Assembly (NCBI RefSeq): GCF_004010195.1
Contig: NC_057758.1
Location: 7,146,277 to 7,210,276 of the forward strand
Direction: 5' to 3'
Length of the DNA stretch: 64,000 nt
Origin: Chiloscyllium plagiosum
Taxonomy: Eukaryota
Shown here in pieces: positions 62,991 through 64,000 of the stretch. Each line of letters begins with the position of its first letter. Position 1 is the first letter of the stretch. A program made the position numbers and the translations under genes. The notes beneath the pieces are model-generated. The model was given only the letters and a program-made list of their open reading frames with translations, was not told the DNA's origin and made no database searches.

Positions 62991-63479
62991 GTGATTATGG
63001 ATTATTATTATCCAGTATGTGATTCTGGATTATTAGACCCACGGCATTATCATTGTACCACAGTCTCCACATTGTATTATTCTGGTGCTTCTTCTTCCTC
63101 TGTTATTGAAGTCTGAGTCAACAAGCAAGGGGGTTTCCTCTGAAAGTTTTCTCAATAGTGCTTCAGAGTGAGCAACCAGTTTCTGCTAAAATCATTCACT
63201 GTTTTCCCATCATTTTCATTCTTGCCTTTGGGGACTTGGCAAAGAGGAATCACAAGTGCAATCCAAATTTCCTTTCCGTTCTTTGACAAAATACATTAAA
63301 AAAAGTATGTAATAAAATAATGCCTTTTGGCTTTGTAAGCCCATACCTAAAATAGATTCTGCAAAGTTATCAACTCTGCAACCTCTATTTCAGATTAAAA
63401 ATGATCAAGTAAATGTGCAAAAGATAAGGCTGAAACATTCACAACAATCTTCAGCCAGAAGTGGATATCTAGCATCACA

Positions 63480-63940
63480 GATGGTAGACTTCAGCCAATT
63501 CAATTAACTTCACATGATAACGAGAATTTGCTGGAAACATTGGATTCCACAGAAACTATGGGCCTGACAATTACCCAGCATTAATCCAGAGGAAGTGTGC
63601 TCCAGAATTAGTCACACCACAATCAAGCTACTCCATTACAGTCCCAACTGGTAATTACCTGACAATGTGGGAAATGGCCTAGATGTATCCTGTATGCAAG
63701 AAGGACAATTCCAATCATCAATACTGCCTCATCAGTCTATTCTTGATCATCAGTGAAGTGATAGAAGGTGTCATCAACAATTCTATCAAGCAACACTTGC
63801 CTTAGCAAAAACCTGCTCATTGATGGGTTTTGGTGAGTTCTGTCAGGGCCACTCAGCTCCTGACATTTTCACAGCCTTGGTTCAAACATGGAAAAAGGAG
63901 CAGAATTTCAGAGGTGAGGAGAAGGTGACAGCACGTGGCT
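63480..63940 (+). mobile_element. LINE (CR1/L2-group) ORF2 remnant
   Basis: MGLTI (degenerate GPD), CAPELV, MWEMA*MYPVCK and YCLISLFLIISEVIE (YRPISLL..SKVME-like). Confidence 0.7.
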
Positions 63941-63947
63941 TTCTCAT

Positions 63948-64000
63948 GAGATTCCCTACAGTGTGAAAACAGGCCCTTCAGTCCAACCAGTCCACACCGA
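63948..64000 (-). mobile_element. SINE 3' tail, cut by window edge
   Basis: AGATTCCCTACAGTGTGAAAACAGGCCCTTCAG, as in the other SINE tails. Confidence 0.75.

Overview
Repeat-rich, gapped vertebrate genomic DNA. The SINE, CR1-LINE and Penelope content and the receptor type point to a cartilaginous fish (shark); this is inference. The core is a tandem segmental duplication with an offset of about 23-24 kb (about 12.0-28.3 kb and 35.1-52.8 kb), plus a third, more diverged partial copy at 53.9-61 kb. Each full unit has a ~7 kb degenerate ~33-bp satellite (core CCCCTGTAAATACTGACACACT), then a CT-rich tract that flips to a GA-rich tract, then a minus-strand class A GPCR exon of the GPR139/GPR142-like type. 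The second GPCR copy has an open 908-nt exon, but its ATG/TM1 exon was not found. The first copy has two in-frame stops. The window also holds the 5' end of an endogenous retrovirus (LTR, PBS, gag start), a Gypsy-like LTR with gag, many CR1 fragments, tRNA-derived SINEs and Penelope-like elements. The most notable observation is that at least four families of Penelope-type terminal repeats carry minimal hammerhead-ribozyme motifs with family-specific compensating stems. They include ~200-bp fold-back elements and a ~98-bp insertion, flanked by target-site duplications. There is no prokaryotic system or CRISPR array.
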